Positions 6,754-15,303 of a stretch of DNA of 25,439 bases are shown here, one piece after another; the first letter of the stretch is position 1; each line of letters starts with the position of its first letter. Position numbers and translations under genes: made by a program. Source of the stretch: an uncultured Propionivibrio sp. GTDB taxonomy: Bacteria; Pseudomonadota; Gammaproteobacteria; Burkholderiales; Rhodocyclaceae. The notes under the pieces are model-generated. The model ran no database searches. It worked only from the letters and a program-made list of their open reading frames with translations, and had not been told where the DNA came from. The stretch is taken from positions 1-25,439 of the forward strand of contig CAZFSH010000005.1 of NCBI GenBank assembly GCA_964521935.1, given 5' to 3'.

Positions 6754-9207
6754 ATGAATTCAGTGAACAGATCTGTCGCAGGGCAGGATAACCAAATGAT
6801 CGGGCGCTTTCAGGTTCGTCGTGAACTGGGGCGTGGTGCGCAGAGTTCGGTGTATCTCGCTTTTGACCCGCAGTTGCAGCGCGAGGTCGCGATCAAAACC
6901 CTGCATTTCGGGCGTCCGGACGAGAAACGTAACAAGGCTTTGCTTGATGAAGCGCGCGCGGTGAGCAATCTTCGCCATCCGAACATTGTGCCGATCTTTG
7001 ATATGGGCGAGGAGGATGGTAACCCTTATCTGGTTTTTGAGTTGGTGCCGGGCCCGAATCTCGATCAGTACCTGAAAAAAGAAGGGCGTTTGTCGGCGGC
7101 AAAAGCGGCGGACATGATGCGACAAATACTCGATGCGCTGGCGCAAGCGCATGAGGACGGAATCATTCATCGCGATTTGAAACCCTCCAACATCCTGATT
7201 GATACCGCCGGCACACCGCGTGTGATGGATTTTGGCATCGCTACCCGGCTCGATCAGATTGATCCGGAGGGAACGGCGCTGGGGCTAACGGGTACGCCTG
7301 CTTATATGCCGCCGGAATACATTGACAAGCAGACGGTCAGTCCCTTGTTTGATGTCTATGCGGCAGGCTTGGTGCTGTACGAAATGGTGACGGGCAAGCG
7401 TGCGGTCACCGGCCAGTCCTTGCCGCAGCTGGCTTATCAAATTGTGAACACACCTGTCGCCCTGCCCGCTGATAGCGGTATTGATGACACGCTGGCCAGC
7501 ATCATCAGTCAAGCCTGTGCCAAAGATCCTTCGATGCGCATTGCGAGTATTGCGCAAATGAAGGAACGCCTGGATGATTACCTGGGCGCCGCCGCGTCAC
7601 CGATTGGTGGTAACGATGTCACAGAAGGCAAGAAACAGTCGACGCTCGATTTTTTGCTTAGGCGTATGCGGCACAAAACCGACTTTCCGGCGCTGTCGGA
7701 TTCGGTCGCCGCAATCAACCGATTGACCAGCTCCGACAAGGAGAGCATCAACAAGCTGTCCAACACCATCCTGAAAGATTTTGGCCTCACCAACAAAATC
7801 ATGCGCTTGGTGAATTCGGCGTTTTTTCGACAAGCGGGTGGCGGTAACATTTCCACGATTTCTCGGGCAGTCATTGTGCTTGGCTTTGATGCCGTACGTA
7901 ATGTGGCGATCACGGTGCTGTTGTTTGAACACCTGCAAGACAAAGCAAACGCTCGCGATCTGAAAGAGGCGTTTTTACGTGCCAATTTGGCTGGCATGCT
8001 GGCACGCGATGCCAGTAAAAAATTTATGGCCAAGGAAGCTGAGCAGGCCTATGTGTGCGCGCTGTTCCATAACTTAGGGCAGCTGCTTGCCCAGTACTAC
8101 TTTCCGGAAGAAGTGCAGGAAATTCGCAAGGTGATGGTATCGAAGTCCTGTACCGAGTCTCAGGCGGCAGTGCATGTGCTGGGGATCAGTTTTTCCGATA
8201 TGGGCATAGGGATCGCCAAGCAATGGGGGTTTCCTCAAGACGTCGTTTCCTCGCTGGTTCCGTTGCCGGCTGGAGCAGTTAGTAAGCCCGGTTCGCATGG
8301 TGAAACCTTGCGCGTGGTTGCCGGCTTTGCCAATGAGTTGTGCGAAGCAATTTCTGGCAATCAGGATCGTGGTCAGTCGGCCTTGGTCCACGCAATTCGC
8401 CAGCGCTTTGCTGGCGCCATGCCCGTCAGCGAGAAGCAGGTCGGTGAAGTGCTGGAAACCGCCTACGCCGAAGTTAAAGAGCTGGCTAGCGTTTTGCATG
8501 TGAACTTGAAGCAGAGCCCGTTTGCGCGCCAGGTAACGAAATGGATTACGCCAACCATCGGTGAGCTCGAGGGTAAAGATAAGCCTGGTGCGACCTTAAG
8601 CGGCGTGGCCAATGGTGGCACGGTGCTGGAAGATTCGCCACTGCTTGATCATAGAGATGAGGACGAGGTTGAGTCGCAAGAAAGTCGCTCTGAACATGCG
8701 CAGTCAACTTTGACTGCGGGTATTCAGGACATCAGTAATTCGCTGGTCGATGACTTTTCGCTGAATGACGTGTTGCGCATCATTCTGGAAACCATGTATC
8801 GCGCCATGGGCTTTGAGCGCGTGTTACTGTCGCTCAAGGACGCCCGCTCGGGGACAATGACTGGGCGTTTTGGCTTTGGCCAGAACATTAACGTGTTGGC
8901 CAAGTCGTTCCGGTTTAACTTGGGCAATGCACCAGACGTATTTCAATTGGCGACGGCTAAAGGAGTCGATATCATTATTACGGATATTGACGACCCCAAG
9001 ATTGCCGACAAAATCCCGTCGTGGTATCGCTCTGCGGTGACGGCAAAAACCTTTGTGCTCTTTCCGCTCACGATCAAAGGGAATCCAATTGCCCTAATTT
9101 ACGCAGACAAAGATAAAGCCAACAGCATTGTGATTCCGGAAAAAGAGCTTACGTTGCTGAAAACTTTGCGTAACCAAGCGGTGTTGGCTATCAAGCAGTC
9201 AATGTAA
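6754..9207 (+). CDS. Hanks-type Ser/Thr protein kinase with HDOD and C-terminal GAF-like domains
   Basis: GRGAQSSV, VAIK, HRDLKPSN, DFG and GTPAYMPPE kinase motifs; HDOD motifs (DFPAL, DFGLTNKIMRLVNS, LGFDAV, LFHNLG); GAF-like C-terminus (GFERV, LFPL, ALIYAD). Confidence 0.88.
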   Translation: MNSVNRSVAGQDNQMIGRFQVRRELGRGAQSSVYLAFDPQLQREVAIKTLHFGRPDEKRNKALLDEARAVSNLRHPNIVPIFDMGEEDGNPYLVFELVPGPNLDQYLKKEGRLSAAKAADMMRQILDALAQAHEDGIIHRDLKPSNILIDTAGTPRVMDFGIATRLDQIDPEGTALGLTGTPAYMPPEYIDKQTVSPLFDVYAAGLVLYEMVTGKRAVTGQSLPQLAYQIVNTPVALPADSGIDDTLASIISQACAKDPSMRIASIAQMKERLDDYLGAAASPIGGNDVTEGKKQSTLDFLLRRMRHKTDFPALSDSVAAINRLTSSDKESINKLSNTILKDFGLTNKIMRLVNSAFFRQAGGGNISTISRAVIVLGFDAVRNVAITVLLFEHLQDKANARDLKEAFLRANLAGMLARDASKKFMAKEAEQAYVCALFHNLGQLLAQYYFPEEVQEIRKVMVSKSCTESQAAVHVLGISFSDMGIGIAKQWGFPQDVVSSLVPLPAGAVSKPGSHGETLRVVAGFANELCEAISGNQDRGQSALVHAIRQRFAGAMPVSEKQVGEVLETAYAEVKELASVLHVNLKQSPFARQVTKWITPTIGELEGKDKPGATLSGVANGGTVLEDSPLLDHRDEDEVESQESRSEHAQSTLTAGIQDISNSLVDDFSLNDVLRIILETMYRAMGFERVLLSLKDARSGTMTGRFGFGQNINVLAKSFRFNLGNAPDVFQLATAKGVDIIITDIDDPKIADKIPSWYRSAVTAKTFVLFPLTIKGNPIALIYADKDKANSIVIPEKELTLLKTLRNQAVLAIKQSM

Positions 9208-9247
9208 TTTGCAGGTGCGTTAGCTCAACTACACTCAAACTTAGCTA

Positions 9248-9273
9248 AAACTCAGTCTCTGTGGCACGGCGCA
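9248..9273 (+). repeat. Dispersed 26-bp motif, copy 3 (AAACTCAGTCTCTGTGGCACGGCGCA), in a convergent intergenic gap
   Basis: 23/26 identical to copy 2. Confidence 0.85.
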
Positions 9274-9324
9274 AACGTCAATCGACACTTGCGCACCTGT
9301 TCAAACGTGCATGAACTTAGCTGC

Positions 9325-9753
9325 CTAGCTGCGAATGTAGTTCTCCAGTTGCTCGATCACAAAGGCTTGTTCGGAGATCGTTTCTTTTACCAAGTCGCCA
9401 ATAGAGACCATGCCAGTCACTGAATCGCCGACCATGACCGGCAGGTGACGAATCCGTTTTTCGGTCATCAAGGCCATGGCTTCGTCGACTGTTTGAGTAG
9501 GTTTGGCGAAAATTACCTTCGCTGTCATGATTTCGCCTACCGTCGTGTCTTTTGACGACTTGCCGTGCAATATGATTTTGCGCGCGTAGTCGCGTTCGCT
9601 GAAGATACCTGCGAGGCGATTTGCCTCCATCACCAGCAAGGCGCCCACGTCATGCTTGGCCATTACTTCCAAGGCGGTGATGACGGAGTCGCCAGGCGCG
9701 ACCGACAGGGGTTTGCGGGGATTGGCGCCGAGTAACTGTTGTAGGGTCTTCAC
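9325..9753 (-). CDS. CBS-pair domain protein
   Basis: Two CBS repeats (VGALLV...GIFSERDY; RIRHLPV...GMVSIGDLVK); GGAGGAG SD upstream of a GTG start. Confidence 0.9.
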   Translation of the reverse strand: MKTLQQLLGANPRKPLSVAPGDSVITALEVMAKHDVGALLVMEANRLAGIFSERDYARKIILHGKSSKDTTVGEIMTAKVIFAKPTQTVDEAMALMTEKRIRHLPVMVGDSVTGMVSIGDLVKETISEQAFVIEQLENYIRS

Positions 9754-9838
9754 TGCGATGCTCCTCCAGTCTAGTTAAGATTATTTTGCTATTTTTGTTG
9801 CGGCATTACGTTGGCGTAGCGTTGGCGTTGCGTCGCCA

Positions 9839-11614
9839 TTACGTCGGAACAACGCGATTCTTGCCTGATCGTTTGGCCAGATACATGGCACTGTCGGCGC
9901 GCTTGAGTGTTTCCATCGGGTCTTCACTAGCCCCCATTTCAGCTACGCCACAGCTGAAGGTTATCAGCACCTTGTCATTGTTGTGCAGGAAAAATTTACG
10001 GGTGAGTTCGCGTTGCACACGCACCATCGCATTCACGGCATCTTCCGTACTGGTGTTGGGTAGAAGCACGACAAACTCTTCACCACCGTAACGTGCCAGG
10101 GTATCGTGTGGCCGGATCGTTTCCTGCACCACGTTGGCTAAGTGAATCAGCGCCGCGTCACCCGCGTCGTGCCCCATGCTGTCGTTGAGTTTTTTGAAGT
10201 TATCGATATCGAGCAAAGCCAGACAAAGCGGGCCATTTTGCCGCCGGGCACGGGCTGCTTCGCGCTCAATGGCTTCATTCATGCCTTTGCGGTTAAGCAC
10301 GCCAGTCAAGGGGTCGGTCCGCACCAGATCGCTGGCCTGGGCGAGCTCGTCTTGCAGGCGCAGCACCTCTTTTTCGGCGTGATCGACACGCTGACGCATG
10401 TTGGTGAGCTCGTCTCGCGAGCGTTGGGCGTTGATCTGGACGACACGTGTCTCACGCATGACTTCGTCAAGTACGTCAGACAGTTCGGATATGTCGTTGG
10501 CGGTGCTAATGCGCTGGGCGCAGCGCTCAATTTTGTCGTGGTAGCCGCTAGTGGATTCGGAAAAGTCGGCGAGACGATCAACGAAGGTCGCCAGCATTTC
10601 CTTTAGGCGATCTTTTGCGTCATTCAAGCTGAGCTTGAGCGCACTTTGTTTGAAAATAACGTCTTTCATGCGTCGCTCGACGTCATCCAGTCGACGCAGC
10701 GACAGTGGCTCACTCATCAATTCGCGAACAATTGTTACCTGGCCGGATAGCCATTTGTCATCAACCACCAGTTCATTGATGTTGTCGACGATCAATTGCA
10801 GTAAATGCAGCAGCGCTGCTTTCAGCTCGATCTGGTCTTCTGCGATGAAATGCAGTTTGTAGCTGAATTTCTTGATCCGGTCAGTCAGCTGGTTGCATTC
10901 TTCGGCACCGCGGGCATTGCGGATGGCTTTTGCCAGCTCGCGCGCTTCGATCAGCAGTTCAGGCTCTTCAGTGAGCAACATGCCGATGGCGTTTTCCAGT
11001 AAACCTGCGACAAGCTCCTGCATCTCGGGTAAGGCCGCACGGGGTAAGGCGGCGCCGGTTGCTGCTGCAGCCATGGTGCTTGTGTTGGCATTGGTCGCCG
11101 ATGCCTCTAGCTCGTCTTCGTCGTGCATTGCATCACCGTCGGTGCCATGCTGATTCCAGCTGCGCAGAACTGATTGCAAGCGGGTGTACAAGGCGTCGGG
11201 CGTTGCGCTGACAGAGAGCACGTGTTCTATCGCTTCGCGCTTACCGGCGGCAGTCAGCCCTTTGTGACGTTTTTGTAGCTGCATCACCACGGTACGGATT
11301 AACTGGTTCCAGTCGCGCGGTTCTGCGGCCGTAGTTTCGACAAACTCACGGAGCGTGTCACCAATTTCTTTCCAGTTTTGCTTACCCAGTGCGGTATCGA
11401 ATCGTCGGGCCAGCTTTGCCTGTTCAGCGGTTTGACGGGGCAAGGCAGAAAAGATGGTTTTCAGCCGCGCTGCCGGGAACTCTTCTGCGATGGCCGTACC
11501 GGAAATTTCGTGATAAAGCTCACGATAGTTATCGGGCGTCGGTAGTTTGCGACGCATCGCCAACTGCCGAAGCGTCTCACGGGCGATTTCCGAGGGGTTC
11601 AGCTTGTTGCTCAC
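9839..11614 (-). CDS. Soluble diguanylate cyclase with a long helical N-terminus
   Basis: DPLTG, DIDNFK, RYGGEEF active site, RPHD I-site, AKRSGKNRV; no TM segments apparent. Confidence 0.92.
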   Translation of the reverse strand: MSNKLNPSEIARETLRQLAMRRKLPTPDNYRELYHEISGTAIAEEFPAARLKTIFSALPRQTAEQAKLARRFDTALGKQNWKEIGDTLREFVETTAAEPRDWNQLIRTVVMQLQKRHKGLTAAGKREAIEHVLSVSATPDALYTRLQSVLRSWNQHGTDGDAMHDEDELEASATNANTSTMAAAATGAALPRAALPEMQELVAGLLENAIGMLLTEEPELLIEARELAKAIRNARGAEECNQLTDRIKKFSYKLHFIAEDQIELKAALLHLLQLIVDNINELVVDDKWLSGQVTIVRELMSEPLSLRRLDDVERRMKDVIFKQSALKLSLNDAKDRLKEMLATFVDRLADFSESTSGYHDKIERCAQRISTANDISELSDVLDEVMRETRVVQINAQRSRDELTNMRQRVDHAEKEVLRLQDELAQASDLVRTDPLTGVLNRKGMNEAIEREAARARRQNGPLCLALLDIDNFKKLNDSMGHDAGDAALIHLANVVQETIRPHDTLARYGGEEFVVLLPNTSTEDAVNAMVRVQRELTRKFFLHNNDKVLITFSCGVAEMGASEDPMETLKRADSAMYLAKRSGKNRVVPT

Positions 11615-11633
11615 AATAGGTTCTCTCGTTAAA

Positions 11634-12266
11634 TCAATCGGTCAAGCCGTGCTCAAGGCCATAGCGAATCAATTCGGCCGTGTTTTTCAGGTTCATTTTT
11701 TCGAGTAGTCGAGCTCGGTAGGTGCTGACCGTAGCCACACCCAAATTGAGCGTATCGGCGATTTGCGTCAGCGTTTTGCCCGAGGCGATCAGGGTTAGTA
11801 CTTGATACTCTCTATCGGTAATGCGCTCATGTGGCGGCTTTTCGGTTGTGTCCGATATGGCCTCTGCAAGTTGTAATGCAACGGCAGGGCTAACATATTT
11901 GCGCCCATTGGCTACTTGCCGTATCGCCGTGACGAGTTGTTCTGGTGCGCTTTGCTTGGTCAGATAGCCGGAGGCGCCGGCTTTCAATGCGCGCACAGCG
12001 TAATGTTCTTCCGGATGCATGCTCAAAATCAGCACTGGCAAGCGCGGGAACTCTTTCTTCAATTGCTTTAAGGTGTCAATGCCATTGCGATTGGGCATGG
12101 AGACGTCAAGCAAAAATACGTCCCATTCGACTTGTCGCGCCAACTGAATGGCCTCAACACCATCTTCAGCTTCGCCGGTAATCAGCAAATCGTCGGTTTC
12201 AGACAGAATTTGCTTGAGTCCCTGACGGACGATAGCGTGGTCGTCGGCAATAAGAACACGAATCAT
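11634..12266 (-). CDS. NarL/UvrY-family response regulator (REC + LuxR HTH)
   Basis: IADDH, LLDVSMP, YLTK and TDREYQV...TVSTYRARLLEKM motifs. Confidence 0.93.
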   Translation of the reverse strand: MIRVLIADDHAIVRQGLKQILSETDDLLITGEAEDGVEAIQLARQVEWDVFLLDVSMPNRNGIDTLKQLKKEFPRLPVLILSMHPEEHYAVRALKAGASGYLTKQSAPEQLVTAIRQVANGRKYVSPAVALQLAEAISDTTEKPPHERITDREYQVLTLIASGKTLTQIADTLNLGVATVSTYRARLLEKMNLKNTAELIRYGLEHGLTD

Positions 12267-12283
12267 GGTGTCAGTCAGTTTTC

Positions 12284-13786
12284 TCAGAATAAGGTGCGCT
12301 GGGGTTCATCTTCAATGGGCATTACAGTATTGGCATGCTCCGGTACTTGCAACAATATGTAGGTGCCGCCTTGTTCGCCAAGTCCGATGGTGAATTCTCC
12401 CTTCAGACTGAGAATCCGTTCGCGAATTCCGCGTAGTCCGAATGATTTTGGCTTGCTCATGTCTGAAGAAGAAATGCCGCGTCCGTTATCGCGAATCTCG
12501 AAAAGGATGTTACCGCTTTCACGACGTAATCGCATGACAACCAGTGAAGCATGTGCATGTTTGGCAATATTGGTCAACGCTTCCTGAGCGATCCGGAAAA
12601 TTGCCAGCGAGGTTTCTGCATCAGGGTCAATCGTATCGTCATCACATTGCATCTTGCACGTGATACTAGATCGCTGCGCAAAGTCGTCCGCTTGGCACTC
12701 AAGGGCGGCAGCAAGCCCAAACTCTTTGAGGATGCCGGGGCGTAGCTCGCGTGCGACGCGGCTCGCCGTGCTCATTGCCTGATTCAGCAGCTCTTCCAGG
12801 GAATGTGCTTTGCTGCGCAAGGGAGCGATTGTGTCGGGCAATTTGCTTGCGAGCAAGGCTACTTCAATTTTCAGGCGCACCAGAATCGAGCCAAGTTCGT
12901 CGTGAATATCACGCGCAATCCGTTCGCGCTCCTCTTCCTTGACGGCCTCAAGGTGCGTGGACAGCTCGGCGAGTTGTTCCCGTGATTTGCGTAACTCGTC
13001 TTCAATGTCCTTGCTGTGAGAGATATTGGTTGCGATGCCTTGCCATTCGACACCGGTAACATCGTTTTGCGGCATGGAGCGCAGGTTGATCCATTTTGAG
13101 CGCGTACGCGTGCGGCCTTCCCAGTTCAAAAGCGTGTTATTAGCCGCTGAGCATGACAGTGCTTCATTGAGGCGGTGACGCTCCTCTGGTTCAAAGGCCT
13201 CGAAGAACAAACGCGCAGAGGCGCGCAGTTCTTGCTGCTTGCGTCCAAAAAGCTTTTGGCAACCTTCACTGACGTAGAGAAAGCGAAAGTCTCCATTTAC
13301 ATCACGGCGCAGGTGAAATAGCATGCCGGGCAGATTGGTCACCATGGCACGAAAACGCGATTCGCTATCGCGCAACATTTCAAGTGCTGCGCGGTGTTCA
13401 GCACGGTGGCGAGCTTCGCGTGTCTCTCGCTCAATCGCCGGGCGCAGGCGGTGAAGTCGGTCGCCTTCAATCACATCACGAACGCCCATGCGCATAGTCG
13501 TCAATGTGCTGGTGTGGTCATCTGTTGGCGTAATCAGAATGACCGGCAGATCCAGCCCTACCTCTTCGATGATCTTTAGGGTCGTCTGAATGGAGAAGGA
13601 TGCGCCGGCGTGGTAGATGGCAACGTCCCAGGGCGGCAAAGATAAGGCGTGACGCAAGCCATTGGCCGATGCGACAGAATGAATGTCGATCTCGCAATCA
13701 CTGCCGAGTGCTTGGCGAATGATCTGTTGATCTGTGCCAGCTGAGGCGAGGTGCAGTAAGCGAATAGTTGTTGCCGCAACGGTCAT
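12284..13786 (-). CDS. HisKA_3 sensor histidine kinase with a degenerate N-terminal REC and a PAS domain
   Basis: IARDIHDELG H-box, QEALTNIAKHA N-box, DNGRG, GLRGIRER; PAS (FLYVSEG...LFG). Confidence 0.9.
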   Translation of the reverse strand: MTVAATTIRLLHLASAGTDQQIIRQALGSDCEIDIHSVASANGLRHALSLPPWDVAIYHAGASFSIQTTLKIIEEVGLDLPVILITPTDDHTSTLTTMRMGVRDVIEGDRLHRLRPAIERETREARHRAEHRAALEMLRDSESRFRAMVTNLPGMLFHLRRDVNGDFRFLYVSEGCQKLFGRKQQELRASARLFFEAFEPEERHRLNEALSCSAANNTLLNWEGRTRTRSKWINLRSMPQNDVTGVEWQGIATNISHSKDIEDELRKSREQLAELSTHLEAVKEEERERIARDIHDELGSILVRLKIEVALLASKLPDTIAPLRSKAHSLEELLNQAMSTASRVARELRPGILKEFGLAAALECQADDFAQRSSITCKMQCDDDTIDPDAETSLAIFRIAQEALTNIAKHAHASLVVMRLRRESGNILFEIRDNGRGISSSDMSKPKSFGLRGIRERILSLKGEFTIGLGEQGGTYILLQVPEHANTVMPIEDEPQRTLF

Positions 13787-13948
13787 GCAGAATGCTAATT
13801 ATTGGAGTTAATTCGACCAGTCTATCGCTAACTCTCCCCCCAGTTGTCGCTTATGAGGAGTTCAAGATGTGCCTCTTCTAAACGTGATGACCATCGATTC
13901 GGCTAAGTGCTCGCTGGATATGAGTCATGACAAAATAGCTGGTAAATC

Positions 13949-13977
13949 TTGCCTCGAAGAGCCAACACACTTATACT
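13949..13977 (+). promoter_or_regulatory. sigma70 promoter for tRNA-Thr
   Basis: TTGCCT-N17-TATACT ending 35 nt upstream of the tRNA. Confidence 0.65.
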
Positions 13978-14012
13978 CTCCGCTCCCTTGCGATGAGGGA
14001 TTGACGCAAATT

Positions 14013-14088
14013 GCCGCCTTAGCTCAGTTGGTAGAGCACCGCACTTGTAATGCGGGGGTCGTCAGTTCGATTCCGACAGGCGGCACCA
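14013..14088 (+). tRNA. tRNA-Thr (anticodon UGU)
   Basis: 76-nt cloverleaf: GCCGCCT/AGGCGGC acceptor stem, CCGCA-CT-TGT-AA-TGCGG anticodon arm, TTCGATT T-loop, encoded CCA. Confidence 0.97.
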
Positions 14089-14136
14089 GAAAATATGCTC
14101 ATGTGAATCATATCGTTTGCATCTGAGCTAGCCCAG

Positions 14137-14179
14137 ACCCCGAAGTTCTTGCGATGCAAGACTTCGGGGTTTTGCTTTT
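14137..14179 (+). terminator. Intrinsic terminator downstream of tRNA-Thr
   Basis: ACCCCGAAGT/ACTTCGGGGT plus CTTGC/GCAAG stem, followed by TTTGCTTTT. Confidence 0.85.
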
Positions 14180-14181
14180 GA

Positions 14182-14207
14182 AAAGTCAGTTGCTGTGAGA
14201 CGGCGAA
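14182..14207 (+). repeat. Dispersed 26-bp motif, copy 4 (AAAGTCAGTTGCTGTGAGACGGCGAA), between the tRNA terminator and the ssrA promoter
   Basis: 24/26 identical to copy 1. Confidence 0.88.
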
Positions 14208-14229
14208 AATTTTATTTGCTATAGCTTGG

Positions 14230-14258
14230 TTGAATATTCACCAATGCCACCCCATAAT
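14230..14258 (+). promoter_or_regulatory. sigma70 promoter for permuted ssrA
   Basis: TTGAAT-N17-CATAAT directly upstream of the acceptor piece. Confidence 0.7.
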
Positions 14259-14264
14259 GAACGT

Positions 14265-14495
14265 ACGGTCGTAATTCCGGCAAACTGGAAACGTTCTGGA
14301 CGGCGGTTCGATTCCGCCCACCTCCACCACAGGGGGGGTGACCTGGTCTCGACAGGGTGATAGAAGGCGAGCAGGCGGCCCGAGAGGCGACGGACGTAAT
14401 CCGCGCAAATCTATAAACGCAAACGATGAGCGTTTCGCACTGGCCGCTTAAGGCCTGCTGAGGACATAGCCGTCCAATAAACAGAATGGCTATCG
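14265..14495 (+). ncRNA. ssrA: Circularly permuted (two-piece) tmRNA gene; outer ends approximate
   Basis: The T-arm GGCGG-TTCGATT-CCGCC and CACCTCC-A-CCA (14302-14329) come before the 5' acceptor strand GGGGGTG-ACCTGGTCTCGAC (from 14334). G3:U70 Ala identity pair is present. Tag frame 14419-14451 encodes ANDERFALAA*. Confidence 0.93.
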
Positions 14496-14496
14496 G

Positions 14497-14520
14497 AGGG
14501 GACACAGAAATGTGTCCCCT
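14497..14520. terminator. Hairpin between convergent ssrA and ubiG (probable terminator)
   Basis: Perfect 10-bp stem AGGGGACACA/TGTGTCCCCT with a GAAA loop; the U-tract is weak. Confidence 0.7.
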
Positions 14521-14527
14521 TCGTCAT

Positions 14528-15238
14528 TTATTGACCTAGCTTGCGTGCGCGTAGCAGATAGTTGACGTCAGTGTCTTTGGTTAAAGTACATTGATGATTG
14601 AACGGGTTGTAGCGCAGTCCCGTGATCTCCTCAACATGCAGTCCGGCCTGGCGGCACCACTGCGCCAACTCTGCTGGGCGAATAAAACGCGCGTAATCGT
14701 GAGTGCCTTTGGGTAGTAGCCCAAGGACATATTCGGCGCCGACAACCGCGAGTGCGTAGGCTTTAGGGTTGCGGTTAATTGTCGAAAAAAAGACATGGCC
14801 GCCATCTTTAACTAATTGCGCACAGGCGGTGATTACACTTTTGGGGTCGGGTACGTGTTCAAGCATTTCCATGCAGGTAACGGCGTCAAAGTGTGACGGC
14901 ATTTCCATTGCGCATTGTTCAACCGAAACTTGCCGATAATCAATGGTGTAACCACTCTCGTGCAGGTGCAGTTTGGCAACACCCAGTGGGCGCTCTGAGA
15001 GATCAATGCCGGTGACATTCGCGCCGCGGCTGGCCATGGCCTCAGTGAGCAAGCCGCCACCACAGCCCACATCAAGGACTGATTTTCCTTTGATCATCGC
15101 GTGTTGGTCTATCCAATCGAGGCGAATGGGGTTCAGGTCATGAAGTGGGCGGAATTCAGATGTGGGGTCCCACCAGCGGTGGGCGAGGGCACCAAATTTT
15201 TCCAATTCCGCTGGGTCGGCATTCACTGTGCTAGTCAT
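14528..15238 (-). CDS. ubiG: Ubiquinone biosynthesis O-methyltransferase UbiG
   Basis: NADPAELEKF, WWDP..EFRPLHDLNP, LDVGCGGG, CMEMLEHVPDP and STINRN motifs. ATG 15238 is preferred. Confidence 0.95.
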   Translation of the reverse strand: MTSTVNADPAELEKFGALAHRWWDPTSEFRPLHDLNPIRLDWIDQHAMIKGKSVLDVGCGGGLLTEAMASRGANVTGIDLSERPLGVAKLHLHESGYTIDYRQVSVEQCAMEMPSHFDAVTCMEMLEHVPDPKSVITACAQLVKDGGHVFFSTINRNPKAYALAVVGAEYVLGLLPKGTHDYARFIRPAELAQWCRQAGLHVEEITGLRYNPFNHQCTLTKDTDVNYLLRARKLGQ

Positions 15239-15259
15239 AGTCGCTTTCTGTAAGGGCAT

Positions 15260-15287
15260 AAAAAAAGCCCTGCAAAGCAGGGCTTTT
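15260..15287 (-). terminator. Intrinsic terminator of ompA
   Basis: GCCCTGC/GCAGGGC stem with a 7-U tract on the - strand (T4 on +). Confidence 0.85.
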
Positions 15288-15303
15288 ACTAGGCAGAGCC
15301 AGA

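Noticed and set aside
9212-9299. 8-bp inverted repeat CAGGTGCG/CGCACCTG enclosing motif copy 3 (MITE-like?)
   Set aside because: Not found around the other copies and no target-site duplication seen.
9800-9850. Short direct repeats around stop codons (CATTACGT.GG at the GGDEF end; TGTGGCTAT x2 at 5580-5601)
   Set aside because: Small local duplications with no evident function.
14061-14077. A-C mismatch in the tRNA-Thr T-stem
   Set aside because: The same mismatch occurs in functional tRNA-Thr(UGU), for example E. coli thrU; not a pseudogene.
14013-14340. tRNA and ssrA as prophage or island attachment sites
   Set aside because: No integrase and no duplicated 3'-end att sequence in the window.
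14497-14528. No gph/mupP gene after ubiG
   Set aside because: A minor synteny variation; the gene may be elsewhere in the genome.
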